Below, piece by piece: positions 37,028-46,837 of a stretch of 64,000 nucleotides of DNA (its first letter is position 1; the number at the start of each line of letters is the position of its first letter). The notes under the pieces were generated by a model. It searched no databases. It was not told where the DNA came from and saw only the letters and a program-made list of their open reading frames with translations. The position numbers were made by a program, and so were the translations under genes. The DNA is from a virus (Duplodnaviria; Caudoviricetes), in the IMG/VR virus record IMGVR_UViG_3300021167_000382, positions 64,001 through 128,000 of that record, one strand, 5' to 3'.

Positions 37028-37264
37028 CTATACTTTCTTATTATCAGGCTCACGGGGGAGATCGAGTTCGTAGCAGATGAATCGATCATTCTTTTTAATG
37101 ACAGATGCAATAGTTCCTTTCGGAATACGTACACCTGCATGGATGAAGTCTGACAAAGCACGCACACTTTGACCTACAGCCAGGGAGACGGTACCATCAC
37201 TTAAACCAAACGGTATCCCTGGAAGGACCGGTTTGGATGCGGTTATGAACATGATCAACTCCAT
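37028..37264 (-). CDS. Small beta-rich (SH3-like) protein, paralog of 35163-35372
   Basis: Shared motifs as above. Confidence 0.6.
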   Translation of the reverse strand: MELIMFITASKPVLPGIPFGLSDGTVSLAVGQSVRALSDFIHAGVRIPKGTIASVIKKNDRFICYELDLPREPDNKKV

Positions 37265-37340
37265 TATGTTTAAAGGTTATTTGGGACGTTTCCCATACGA
37301 AATGCATTTTTTGATTTTATATATCGATAGCTTCTTCATT

Positions 37341-37361
37341 TAAGATATACATGACTGAGAT
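37341..37361 (-). promoter_or_regulatory. Putative early promoter, copy 7
   Basis: Core ATATACATG at 37345-37353. Confidence 0.72.
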
Positions 37362-37367
37362 GAACAT

Positions 37368-37399
37368 CAGAGCGGTACGGGGTTTCCCGTACCGCTCTG
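37368..37399 (-). terminator. Hairpin terminator after the protease gene
   Basis: CAGAGCGGTACGGG-GTTT-CCCGTACCGCTCTG. Confidence 0.75.
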
Positions 37400-37403
37400 T
37401 CAT

Positions 37404-38156
37404 TTACCAGCTATGGTAGATCTTGCTTTCAGCCTTAGGGAAGTACTTACCTAAGAAGTAATCTGCGGTCTGAGCGGATTCCAGTGCAAATGCATTAGAG
37501 GTGTTTTTCGTAGAACAGCGTTCTAGTACCTTCTCCAGCATAGGCGCCGATGAGATCGACTCCGTGGCAGGACTGTCCCATTTGCTGGCAACCAGAATCC
37601 CACCTTCGTTAACGTAATCGATAGTGATCAGTTCACGTAGCGCACGAATGCGTTTACCACGAACAATCTGTTCATCAGCCAAAGAGCGAATAGAGAAGCA
37701 GACATTTTCATCAGCGTTCTCGAATGCTTCTTTCAGCATCGCGCCCTTAGCACCCGAAGGTTTAACCTTACCCATGATAGCAACCATTTCCGGATTATTG
37801 TACTCCGGATGCATCTTGCCAAAGTTTTCATCAAGCCAGAGCGATTTGAAATGGCAGCAGACATTATTCAAATCAATTTCCATCATACGCTGATAGAAGG
37901 TTTCCAGCTTCTCACCGGGCATCTGTTTCGGATGGTCCACTTCACCACGAAGACATCCATTAGCGATTTTACGATGAAGAAGGCTGCCAGGACCGAAAAG
38001 TTCCTTAGCGCCTTGTGCGGTGTAATACCAAGCACGGCTATTATTGTAAACGTTCAATGCCCCGAGCACTAGTTCGTAGTACCCGTTCTCATCTGGCGTC
38101 TGATGACCAGTTTTACCAAAAGCGGACAGCTTAGTTTGTTCAAAAAGAATCGTCAT
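37404..38156 (-). CDS. Prohead (head maturation) serine protease, phiKZ gp175-like
   Basis: LRGEVDHP (His), CFSIRS (Ser), ITIDYVNEGG; C-terminal ATE and ALE sites like the autocleavage motif. Confidence 0.88.
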   Translation of the reverse strand: MTILFEQTKLSAFGKTGHQTPDENGYYELVLGALNVYNNSRAWYYTAQGAKELFGPGSLLHRKIANGCLRGEVDHPKQMPGEKLETFYQRMMEIDLNNVCCHFKSLWLDENFGKMHPEYNNPEMVAIMGKVKPSGAKGAMLKEAFENADENVCFSIRSLADEQIVRGKRIRALRELITIDYVNEGGILVASKWDSPATESISSAPMLEKVLERCSTKNTSNAFALESAQTADYFLGKYFPKAESKIYHSW

Positions 38157-38218
38157 ACCTTCACCTTGAAAATTGTTCAGTCAGCATAGACTAGAAAGAT
38201 TTCTCACCACATCATACA

Positions 38219-38249
38219 GACTAGAGACCGGACAAACCGGTCTCTAGTC
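38219..38249 (-). terminator. Hairpin
   Basis: GACTAGAGACCGG-ACAAA-CCGGTCTCTAGTC. Confidence 0.7.
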
Positions 38250-38254
38250 GATGT

Positions 38255-38968
38255 TCACGCACGTAGCACGGATTCCACAGATTCTACTTGTGTACTTGGA
38301 TTAACCAATGCACTAACGATACCGTCCTGAAAATAGGCACCGGCAAGTTTATTCACCGTCCCAGGCGCAGAGTAGAAAACGCTGCGTAATGGAACCCAGC
38401 GAATTTTATCTGGCGTAAAATCAGACCGAGTTTTAGCACCCTCGCGGATGAAACGAACACGGTCTTCTTTTTGTCGAGCGGTATAGGCAGCGAAGAATTC
38501 CATCATGCTCGGTATGATCCGTGCACGAGAACCCGCATAGCTCTGAGCGGTTTCAAAGATCTTTCCCATGTCCTCATAACCAACGTACCACGGAACCTTC
38601 CCTTTGAAAACAAACTCATCAATCGCTGTGAAGATCAAATTACTTCGAGCGACGATGTCTTTCGTCAAGATAACTGTTTCACCTGGGTCATAGGTGAACG
38701 TGTAATATTCCACTTCGCCTACTTGTTCGATTTTGATAGCAGCTTCACCCAATTCGATATAACCATTCAAATTGAGCAATGCGTATTCATCATCAACAAG
38801 AATAGCAAACAGACCATAAACGAAGCTAATCTTACCGATCACAGCAAGGTTGATATCACGAAACCGAACAGGGAAAGTGATAGTTAACTTCTTTTTGGCA
38901 ATAACGCGTCCATTGGGAAGGTCTTGAAGTGCAGCCAAGACCTTCTCAGGATTACGTTTTAAGTTCAC
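38255..38968 (-). CDS. Conserved core protein, phiKZ gp176-like
   Basis: 237 aa; GKVPWY motif; synteny. Confidence 0.68.
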   Translation of the reverse strand: MNLKRNPEKVLAALQDLPNGRVIAKKKLTITFPVRFRDINLAVIGKISFVYGLFAILVDDEYALLNLNGYIELGEAAIKIEQVGEVEYYTFTYDPGETVILTKDIVARSNLIFTAIDEFVFKGKVPWYVGYEDMGKIFETAQSYAGSRARIIPSMMEFFAAYTARQKEDRVRFIREGAKTRSDFTPDKIRWVPLRSVFYSAPGTVNKLAGAYFQDGIVSALVNPSTQVESVESVLRA

Positions 38969-40497
38969 TTAAGCAACGTCGTCAGATTGACCTGGCTGTA
39001 GAGATATTCCACCAGGTAGGTGATAGTAGCGGCTGCAGCAGCTTCACGAGGATCAATATCCTTGTTAAAGCGAGCAACTTGCTGCATTTCACTGAGAATG
39101 GTGTAAGCCGAGGTATAGAAGAAACGAGCCTTGGCCACCATGTGCAGGGCGGTGTGTGCAATATCTTCATGAAGACGGTGACTGAGGTGCATGATTTCGG
39201 CATCCACATTCTTCATGATGATGTCCCGCATACCAGGATTCGTCTTTTCATATTCGCATTCAATGTCAGCCTGGTTAGTAATCGCTACCGACATATAACT
39301 ACGAACCCATGCCTGGAAATTAACACGGATGTCCGTGATATCCTTCGTGGCACGGAAACTGATGTAGCTATTCCAAGATTCCACCAAGCGAGCCTGGTTC
39401 TCAAGAATAACATTCATGTCGAAATAAGCTTGACCAGCCATCAGCATGCCGAGAAGCGCTTCCGACTTACCGCCTTTTTCAAGGTAGACACGGTAGAGAC
39501 GGTCATGAACCGTAACTTCCTTGCGATTCGGTATCAGCGATGTGACAAGGATACCATTTTCAATCTGGCGGCCGAGTTGATCCAGAGCGGCCTTTAGCGT
39601 GACACCGGCGACATCCAGCCAATATTGGAAGGAAGCGGCGTATTCGTCCAACGTGACATTTTCCTTGGTGCTCTTGACATTGATCTTCAGCCAGTTAGCG
39701 ATCAGCCACATAGCCAAAGACAGATCCATCGCATCACCTTGGTTACCGCGACGAATGCTGTATTGGTCGAAAACAAATCGACCGATCTCTTCAAAATTAC
39801 CAGCATCGGTAAAGTTAGCAACCAGTACGTTCTTGATCAGGTTGTCTGGAGCATTTTCAAGCCAGTCTGCCAGAAGTCCATTCAGACGAGCATTACCCAG
39901 ATTGCAGATTTCAGCGACGACGGCATCAACATCTTCCAACTTCAATGTCAGACGTGCGCCTGTGTCACGGATTTCAGCCAAGTTAACGATGTCATCAAGA
40001 CCCATTGAACTGAAAGATGCATCGCCGAGCAGTGCAGGGATACGGAGCATGCGAATGCTGAACTCAGCTGAAGGATCTTTAGCCGCAGCCAAATCCAAGA
40101 AAGCCTGAGCCGCTGCTTCAAATTCATTCACCAGCGGAATCACCACACTACGAACCGTATAGATGTGCGATGTGATAATCGGTGCCAGATCGTCTGCAAG
40201 AGCAGTGATACAGAGTGTGTGGTCTGAAACTTCAGAAGCATTTCCAGTAGCCGACACCACTGCGTCGCCAAACATTTCCTTGTCAGTCAGTGTCCAAGAG
40301 GAAACGTTATTGTTCAATACCTTACCACCCGGTAGAACAGTCGTTTCACGTTGACCTTGTTCTACGAAGTTATAAGGCATCGAACTGTCAACCAGTTCCG
40401 CCATGGCGCTGTTATCGGCAGCGGTGAGTTGAATGCCTGCGTCCTTCAACTGAAGGGCAACTGCGATCGCATTCTTTGCAAGATTCGAGGTAATCAT
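38965..40497 (-). CDS. Conserved core/virion protein, phiKZ gp177-like
   Basis: 510 aa; synteny between the protease and vRNAP genes. Confidence 0.65.
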   Translation of the reverse strand: MITSNLAKNAIAVALQLKDAGIQLTAADNSAMAELVDSSMPYNFVEQGQRETTVLPGGKVLNNNVSSWTLTDKEMFGDAVVSATGNASEVSDHTLCITALADDLAPIITSHIYTVRSVVIPLVNEFEAAAQAFLDLAAAKDPSAEFSIRMLRIPALLGDASFSSMGLDDIVNLAEIRDTGARLTLKLEDVDAVVAEICNLGNARLNGLLADWLENAPDNLIKNVLVANFTDAGNFEEIGRFVFDQYSIRRGNQGDAMDLSLAMWLIANWLKINVKSTKENVTLDEYAASFQYWLDVAGVTLKAALDQLGRQIENGILVTSLIPNRKEVTVHDRLYRVYLEKGGKSEALLGMLMAGQAYFDMNVILENQARLVESWNSYISFRATKDITDIRVNFQAWVRSYMSVAITNQADIECEYEKTNPGMRDIIMKNVDAEIMHLSHRLHEDIAHTALHMVAKARFFYTSAYTILSEMQQVARFNKDIDPREAAAAATITYLVEYLYSQVNLTTLLK

Positions 40498-40528
40498 TTT
40501 TTATCCAGTCTAGTCTATGAATGAGAAC

Positions 40529-40559
40529 AGGACACTAGAGGAATGTCCTCTAGTGTCCT
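40529..40559 (-). terminator. Hairpin
   Basis: AGGACACTAGAGGA-ATG-TCCTCTAGTGTCCT. Confidence 0.7.
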
Positions 40560-40568
40560 CACCCTGTT

Positions 40569-40775
40569 TTACGATTTCAGATCTTTGACAGCGATCTCAC
40601 GAAACTTCGAGATCGCCAGCGTCTGAACCGCTTCACGGGTCAGGCTTTGACCGTTCAGCGCACTGCTGATGTCATTACCCGCGATACGGTGCATCACGGC
40701 AGCAGCCAGTTCACCGACATTTGCTATAACGATGGCCGTTGTAGCAGTTTGTTGACTGATAACATCTTGCGTCAT
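40569..40775 (-). CDS. Small helical protein coupled to vRNAP beta
   Basis: 68 aa; ATGA overlap. Confidence 0.6.
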   Translation of the reverse strand: MTQDVISQQTATTAIVIANVGELAAAVMHRIAGNDISSALNGQSLTREAVQTLAISKFREIAVKDLKS

Positions 40776-43700
40776 TTTCCTTCTCCGTAATAAGCGTTCA
40801 AAGCACGTTTAGCCGCCAAATCAAGCAAGACAGTTGCCATGCCAATCAAAGTAGCCGAGTTTACTTCACGAGCTGCGAGTGAGCGATAGCTAAAGATCGC
40901 ATCCACCTCAGTCCCACCTTCAGTGAAAATCTTACCTGGGTGAACCTCAGCGATCGTGGATTTCATTTGATGTCCAAATATCACCTTATCACCGACACCT
41001 GTAGAAGCTTTGATCGTAATATAAATCTTAATCTCAGCTTGGTCCATTTCTAGCGGTGTTCCATTGACTCGATATTCGTCAGTCACCTGACCAGATAGCA
41101 CGGGTTTACCGATAGCCTTGAATCCTGCGGCAAGGTCAGCGTCACTCCTATCCGCAATCTTCTTCAATGTTGGTGACATATCCCGCTTTTCACCATGATA
41201 GTAGACTTCGATCTTTTCAATTGTACCAGAGATCCCAGCACGAGGCGCGACATTCGCCAGTCGTTTCAGTGTATTGATAGAGTCATCGCTGAAATGGCCA
41301 CTGCTAGATGTAACACCGTCTTCGATAATCATTAAGACATCACGAGGATTAACCTCACTACCGATCTTAACAACTTCTTGTAAACCTTGATCAAATCGAA
41401 CCACGTAAGATTTAACCTTAGTGACTTCTGTTTTAAATTTAGCACCTAGTTCAGGACTAATCGTACATGAGTCTTCATGGGTTGATTTGTCTTCCATGAA
41501 AGCAACAGTGGCGAAACCTGAAACTTTCATATTGACTTCAGTTGGATTCAAGAAGTCCGGTTCAAAGAACTTCTCATTGTAGGAAAGGATGTCGCCCTTC
41601 TTAAACTTCTTACCAACTTCCAGTTTAGTGATGATGTCATGCGGATAGACCGTACCTTCGGCCTTACCATACTGACGACCTAACGGAATACTGTCTTCAT
41701 GACCATCGGCATATTTAACAACCATACCTTTGTCACTGACTGAAGTAACTACGCCATCTTGTTCAGCAGCTGAACAGAATAGTTTCGTAGTGCGCTGGCC
41801 AATGACTTTCTCATAGCCAGTACGAATATAGGGTTGCTTATAAGCTTCCGCAGCGATGGTGTGACTATGCTGGGTATTTATAAACATTATTCTTTTTGCA
41901 TTGTCGTTAAACGAGCATGGTGAAACCAGTGAAGCCGTTGACATCATGCTTGTTGGGTTCAATGTTTTCTTATCCGCCATCATCCCGCGAACTGTAGCGA
42001 TATTCGGATTAGCAGAGAGATAGGCCACCGTGCCAACACCTGCGTTATCGACAGTACTTTCAGACAACACGCCAACATCCGAAACATGGAATGCTCGAGT
42101 TGGTTTTGTCATGGTATCTTTATCTCGACCACCCGCACCACCATAAGTGATGACTTCCGACTCTTTCAAATTCTGAATCGGATTGATGTCTTCCACAATT
42201 TTGATGGTGTTATCTTTGAGAATAGAATTCCAGACCTGATAAGGACTGATATCAATCTTCGACCGACCGATCAAGTTCTTATTACGGAACTGTCGGATCG
42301 CTTGCGTAAGTTCTTTGTAGACCGCACCCGAGAAACGCTCATACCCACGATCGCGCATCACTGTTCGATCTTGGGAGACCGGGTGATGGTAGGTTAACAA
42401 TAGTTCAGTGGCTCGATAGAGTAAACCCTTGAAGGTCGTGGGTTCATTCATCGAGAGAAGAATCTCTTCAGTGATATGATCGACGAATGCATTCTCCATC
42501 ATGTCCAGTTCTCGAACATATAGAGCACCAAGTCCTTTGGTCATCAGTAGATTCAAATAGACGTCTTTATGTTCGAACATCTCGCTGTCATAGAGTTTGG
42601 TAACCTTTTCAAAGTCACCAAAACCTGCCATGATCAAGGATTCAAATCGACGGTTACTCTTAAAGATATAGGTTCTATCCTTAAAGACAATCGGGAATTC
42701 ACCTGGCGCAAGCATCTTATTCTTCCGAGGTTCGACGATACGGTATTCTGCACCCAATGCCGCCAGAAGTGTCTTGAAGCCGACATAGTAACCAAGAACC
42801 ACACCAACAGGCACATACTTGGAGAAAACACGAACCTCACTGAAGTCTACTGGAGAAGAACTACGATCCAATTGCAGGAAGGTAAAGACATCGCCTAGTA
42901 GGTGTTCTTTATCACCATCAATTTCTAGGAAGTGATTCGTTGCATCGATAATGATCGGTTTTCGATTAGCGCTGATACCGCAGAAAATACGGCTGTTCTT
43001 TTCAAGGATTGGTAGTTGCGCGGGGTCAATCTTTGTCTTACGAAGACGATGATCGAAGAATACATGATGCTTCCCAACTGCAAAGCTTTCGAACTCAGCA
43101 GAGAGTGCATTATAAATGAAAGGTGCCTTGAACTCATTGTCAAAGACATTACCAAGTGAAATCTCAGTAATGTAACTACCATCAGTGACTACTGCCTGGT
43201 TGATCTGCTTAATGATCCAGGCGGTGGAATTATTGACTACCTTCGGACTAATCTGAACAAAGGTCTTTCCGTAGTATGATGAGAGGGAAACGATACTCGG
43301 TGCAATCTTTCGAATCGGATTATCAACCCGTTGTTTACGGGCTAAGTACTTATTACCAGCGACCATAAACGTACCGTCTTCTTCAATCACAGGTAATGAG
43401 AAACTGATCGTCGAAGGTTGACCGTCAACCGGTTTCACTTCAAGTCGATGATGTTCATAGGTTCCAAGAATAGTGTTAGTTTGGTGAACCTCATGGTTCT
43501 TCACGATGACGCCAGCCGACTGAAGCCGATTCACTGCGTTCATCACGTCTTTTTTATAGACGTTTCGAAGATACTTTCGATTGAAAGCGTTCATCGATGC
43601 AGCAGCCATAGTTTTATCAGGGACAGCGTCATTAATAACCATCTGACTATCTTCAGCAGTTAGAAGGAGGTCTTCTGGTTTAATCAGTGAAGCATCACGA

Positions 43701-45130
43701 CGCGTTTGCCCTGAACCATAGGGGTCATCACTAAGTTCGAACTGTTTCGCTGCTTCTGACATACGACGATATTCAGCCGCAGTGATCAGACTAGATTCAG
43801 CGTCATCTACTAACCGCTTTTGAAGGACGGATGATGGTGTACTCGTTGCAAAGATTCGAGCTTTCGCATCTTCTTGCGTGATAGTAGGTTCAGGAATGAC
43901 CTGGTTCGCTACGGTTGGATTAACATCTTCCGAAATCTTCCGATCCAACACTGTACCCGGCGCGATCCCTTTATTTTTCATCTGGATCAAGCTAATCTTA
44001 TCCAGCGCAAGTAGATCTTCTTCGATAGACCCCATGAGTTCTTCAGTGATATCACCACTACGACCCATGGTTTCGACATTAACTTTCTTCTCTTGATTGC
44101 TCTTAACTACAGAACTAGAAACCGTATCCGAAGAATCAATAGGGATTCCGACAATACCTTCTGCTTCAGATTCACTGGTTGCTGAAGCTGTCTCAGTATT
44201 AGCAGCCGAAGTAGCTACTGATACCGCTTCTTCTGTTTCAGCAACTGCCGTATCCATCACACCGTTCAGTGTAATGCAGAGCATCAAGAACAACTTCTGA
44301 ACACTCGTTTCAGCGAATTGCGTTACGCTGCTGAATTCTGTCTTATTTGGCTGGCCTTTAATCCAGCTGTTCAAATACCCAAGATTCACCAGACATTGAC
44401 GACCAGTAGTACCTTCAAAAATGAAGTTGATCTTGTCATAGTTCTTTAGGTTAACTTTATTCAACAAGCTCAAGGAGCGATTAGTGACACTCAACCACCG
44501 CCAGAGATCAAGCATGGTGAAACCTTCGATATCGGGAACACCGAAGATATTCATCTGTGCTAATGTGAAATCTTTATTCACAAAGCGATCGAGAATCGTG
44601 CGACCCTGTAGTACTTTAGGGATCTTCAGAATGATAAACTGCTGTCGTCCAGTGACTGTGGCAAGTCGATCCATATTTTCATAGATCGTTTCCATGCGGT
44701 TATGCCAGGCGTAGTACTTAGCAGCAGGAACAGGCTGGTAGCGGTATGCCTTATCCAAATAACCATAATTGACTACTGCTAATTGATCAGGCGGCATGCG
44801 AACAATGGTTAGGTCATCTTCAAGTTGCCACTTTTGAAGATGTTCTCGTTTCCAAGGTTGAACTGCCATTGGAAAGTTAAAAGTCCAAGGCCGAACTGGA
44901 CCTTGAGGATTTTCCAGTTGGTAAACGCATTCAGCGATAATCTTCCGATTCTGACCACTGTAGTAAGGCTTAGTGGTATCGATATCCGGACTGCCGTCAC
45001 CGTCATCGTAAACGTGGAAGATAGTTTCACGTGGAAATGCCGTTAGTGTGAATTCAGGTTTTTCCGTGAGCGCACTTGGAAATCGTGCCCCTTTCTCACG
45101 GTAGAATTGACGAAAAAGAATGTTGGACAT
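40772..45130 (-). CDS. rpoB: Virion RNA polymerase beta-like subunit, N-terminal part (phiKZ gp178-like)
   Basis: 1452 aa; GGAGGR, SESTVDNAGVG, NAKRIMFINTQHSH, THEDS and GVGDKVIFGHQMKS (beta GDK motif). Confidence 0.9.
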   Translation of the reverse strand: MSNILFRQFYREKGARFPSALTEKPEFTLTAFPRETIFHVYDDGDGSPDIDTTKPYYSGQNRKIIAECVYQLENPQGPVRPWTFNFPMAVQPWKREHLQKWQLEDDLTIVRMPPDQLAVVNYGYLDKAYRYQPVPAAKYYAWHNRMETIYENMDRLATVTGRQQFIILKIPKVLQGRTILDRFVNKDFTLAQMNIFGVPDIEGFTMLDLWRWLSVTNRSLSLLNKVNLKNYDKINFIFEGTTGRQCLVNLGYLNSWIKGQPNKTEFSSVTQFAETSVQKLFLMLCITLNGVMDTAVAETEEAVSVATSAANTETASATSESEAEGIVGIPIDSSDTVSSSVVKSNQEKKVNVETMGRSGDITEELMGSIEEDLLALDKISLIQMKNKGIAPGTVLDRKISEDVNPTVANQVIPEPTITQEDAKARIFATSTPSSVLQKRLVDDAESSLITAAEYRRMSEAAKQFELSDDPYGSGQTRRDASLIKPEDLLLTAEDSQMVINDAVPDKTMAAASMNAFNRKYLRNVYKKDVMNAVNRLQSAGVIVKNHEVHQTNTILGTYEHHRLEVKPVDGQPSTISFSLPVIEEDGTFMVAGNKYLARKQRVDNPIRKIAPSIVSLSSYYGKTFVQISPKVVNNSTAWIIKQINQAVVTDGSYITEISLGNVFDNEFKAPFIYNALSAEFESFAVGKHHVFFDHRLRKTKIDPAQLPILEKNSRIFCGISANRKPIIIDATNHFLEIDGDKEHLLGDVFTFLQLDRSSSPVDFSEVRVFSKYVPVGVVLGYYVGFKTLLAALGAEYRIVEPRKNKMLAPGEFPIVFKDRTYIFKSNRRFESLIMAGFGDFEKVTKLYDSEMFEHKDVYLNLLMTKGLGALYVRELDMMENAFVDHITEEILLSMNEPTTFKGLLYRATELLLTYHHPVSQDRTVMRDRGYERFSGAVYKELTQAIRQFRNKNLIGRSKIDISPYQVWNSILKDNTIKIVEDINPIQNLKESEVITYGGAGGRDKDTMTKPTRAFHVSDVGVLSESTVDNAGVGTVAYLSANPNIATVRGMMADKKTLNPTSMMSTASLVSPCSFNDNAKRIMFINTQHSHTIAAEAYKQPYIRTGYEKVIGQRTTKLFCSAAEQDGVVTSVSDKGMVVKYADGHEDSIPLGRQYGKAEGTVYPHDIITKLEVGKKFKKGDILSYNEKFFEPDFLNPTEVNMKVSGFATVAFMEDKSTHEDSCTISPELGAKFKTEVTKVKSYVVRFDQGLQEVVKIGSEVNPRDVLMIIEDGVTSSSGHFSDDSINTLKRLANVAPRAGISGTIEKIEVYYHGEKRDMSPTLKKIADRSDADLAAGFKAIGKPVLSGQVTDEYRVNGTPLEMDQAEIKIYITIKASTGVGDKVIFGHQMKSTIAEVHPGKIFTEGGTEVDAIFSYRSLAAREVNSATLIGMATVLLDLAAKRALNAYYGEGK

Positions 45131-45141
45131 CAGACAACCTT

Positions 45142-46764
45142 TCAGGAGGAAAGTTCTTTAAAAACAGAGGTCGATACGTCGTTGTCTGCAGAGAAGTTCA
45201 TGGTTCCGTTAATACCGACGTAGTATTTAGCGGACTTCATTAGAGCAGAGATCTCTTCAGTTGCATCTGCTGTCATGAGTACTTCGTAGTTCATCGTATC
45301 CCCATCATGGTCAGCCTGGAAGCGAGTCAGTGTCTGAATAGGCGGTGACATGGAGTTGAAGAATGCTGTTCCAGGAATTGGGAACTCATTGAACTTAACA
45401 CCGGTAGGTTGCCATAGATCATTCAACTCATTCAACGATTCAGACTTCATCGTGGTACGGAGATAGATCGTGCATGGTAGAATGCTACCGTAGTTGATCA
45501 CAGGGTACCGTGTAATGAAACAGTAGCGCTTCTTTGAATCTTTCAGTGCCGCCATATAGAACAGCTCGGCATATGTGATCGGCTTGACAAACTTCCGATC
45601 ATAGCCTTCCGGCAGTTCATCAATATCCTGGAAGAACTTGAATGAAGCCCCGTCCCGATAAAGCAGGCCAAAGTAGTAACCATCTAAGATAATTTCTTCA
45701 GAGCGGAAGGATTCCGTTTCAAACTGATTCAGAATGGATTCAATCCCTTCCTTAGTCACCCAGTCATCGTAGTAGACGGGATCAATCTGAACCATCTCAG
45801 ATTTCAAGGTCTTCCTATTGACCAATCGAGCTGGTGCATTCGGTCCAGTAAAAACCTTTTCAGAGAAATCTCGAAGAAGTTTAATGAAGAGCGGTGTGAC
45901 TGAGCGAACATGTTGGTAAAGCCCGACCATGACATCCGTCGGACCAACAGTCAGTTCGTCAAAGAGTTTCTTGGAGTTGGTGATGCTGGACGTGATCACA
46001 TTCCGACTGGAGCTAAATACATTACGCGCTGTCCAGTTACCCTGGATTAACTTCGAATCCCCTTCCAGCAGGTTCACGATATACTGATACAGCGACAACA
46101 CGACCTGCTGCAGTCTGAAACGCGTACCGTCCAGATGTGTCTTATCAGCCGCCTTGGCTGAGTTAATGGCGATATTGCCGATCGACAATGCTTGACGATA
46201 AATCGTGTTGATCTCGTCTTCTTCACGCATCCCATTCGGCTTCACGGTAAAATCACGTAAACCCGCAGGCATCACAATGAGATATCGAAGGAATGGATTC
46301 TTCCGGTATTTGTTAAGGAATCGAATTGCAAAGCTTCGAGACGTACTATCGCGTTCCTCAGGCTTCAACTCTTGGAAATGTTCCATGAAGAAGCTGTATC
46401 CTGTTCGACCATCAACTGCATTGCTTTCATCAAAGTCTTTGGTTTGCTTGTTGAACACAGCATAAGACGTACCTGCCATGATCTTTCCGTAGAGTTCACG
46501 GACATCGCATAGCTTTTTATAGATCAACGGATGAAGGATCTCGACGCCGAGATCGATATATGCGTACAGTCGATTACGTCGCTCATCACCGACTTTTCCA
46601 AACGCTTCGATGCTGAATAAACCTTGTGGATGGAACTGCTGGCTACTGGGCTCAAAGATATCCAGCACTTTGATTTGATGCAGTCCTTTCAAGCTGCCAG
46701 CCGACTCTGCATTTAGAATCAAAGGCGCTATATTGAAAGGAAGCATGGAGATAAGGTTAGACAA
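45142..46764 (-). CDS. rpoC: Virion RNA polymerase beta-prime-like catalytic subunit (phiKZ gp180-like)
   Basis: FHPQGLFSIEAFG, VMPAGLRD, TRYPV and catalytic ADHDGD; TTG start at 46764 chosen from the AAGGAG RBS. Confidence 0.9.
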   Translation of the reverse strand: MSNLISMLPFNIAPLILNAESAGSLKGLHQIKVLDIFEPSSQQFHPQGLFSIEAFGKVGDERRNRLYAYIDLGVEILHPLIYKKLCDVRELYGKIMAGTSYAVFNKQTKDFDESNAVDGRTGYSFFMEHFQELKPEERDSTSRSFAIRFLNKYRKNPFLRYLIVMPAGLRDFTVKPNGMREEDEINTIYRQALSIGNIAINSAKAADKTHLDGTRFRLQQVVLSLYQYIVNLLEGDSKLIQGNWTARNVFSSSRNVITSSITNSKKLFDELTVGPTDVMVGLYQHVRSVTPLFIKLLRDFSEKVFTGPNAPARLVNRKTLKSEMVQIDPVYYDDWVTKEGIESILNQFETESFRSEEIILDGYYFGLLYRDGASFKFFQDIDELPEGYDRKFVKPITYAELFYMAALKDSKKRYCFITRYPVINYGSILPCTIYLRTTMKSESLNELNDLWQPTGVKFNEFPIPGTAFFNSMSPPIQTLTRFQADHDGDTMNYEVLMTADATEEISALMKSAKYYVGINGTMNFSADNDVSTSVFKELSS

Positions 46765-46837
46765 AATCAGCTCCTTTATGAACAAATAAGAAAATCTTAA
46801 GAAATCCTTTGATTAGGCATATCTCGATAAGGAGAAA

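Noticed and set aside
6869-46785. Inteins, introns or homing endonucleases in the polymerase, terminase or RNAP genes
   Set aside because: Lengths match intact homologs as recalled; no intein splice motifs or frame breaks; only 11 bp separate the two large vRNAP genes
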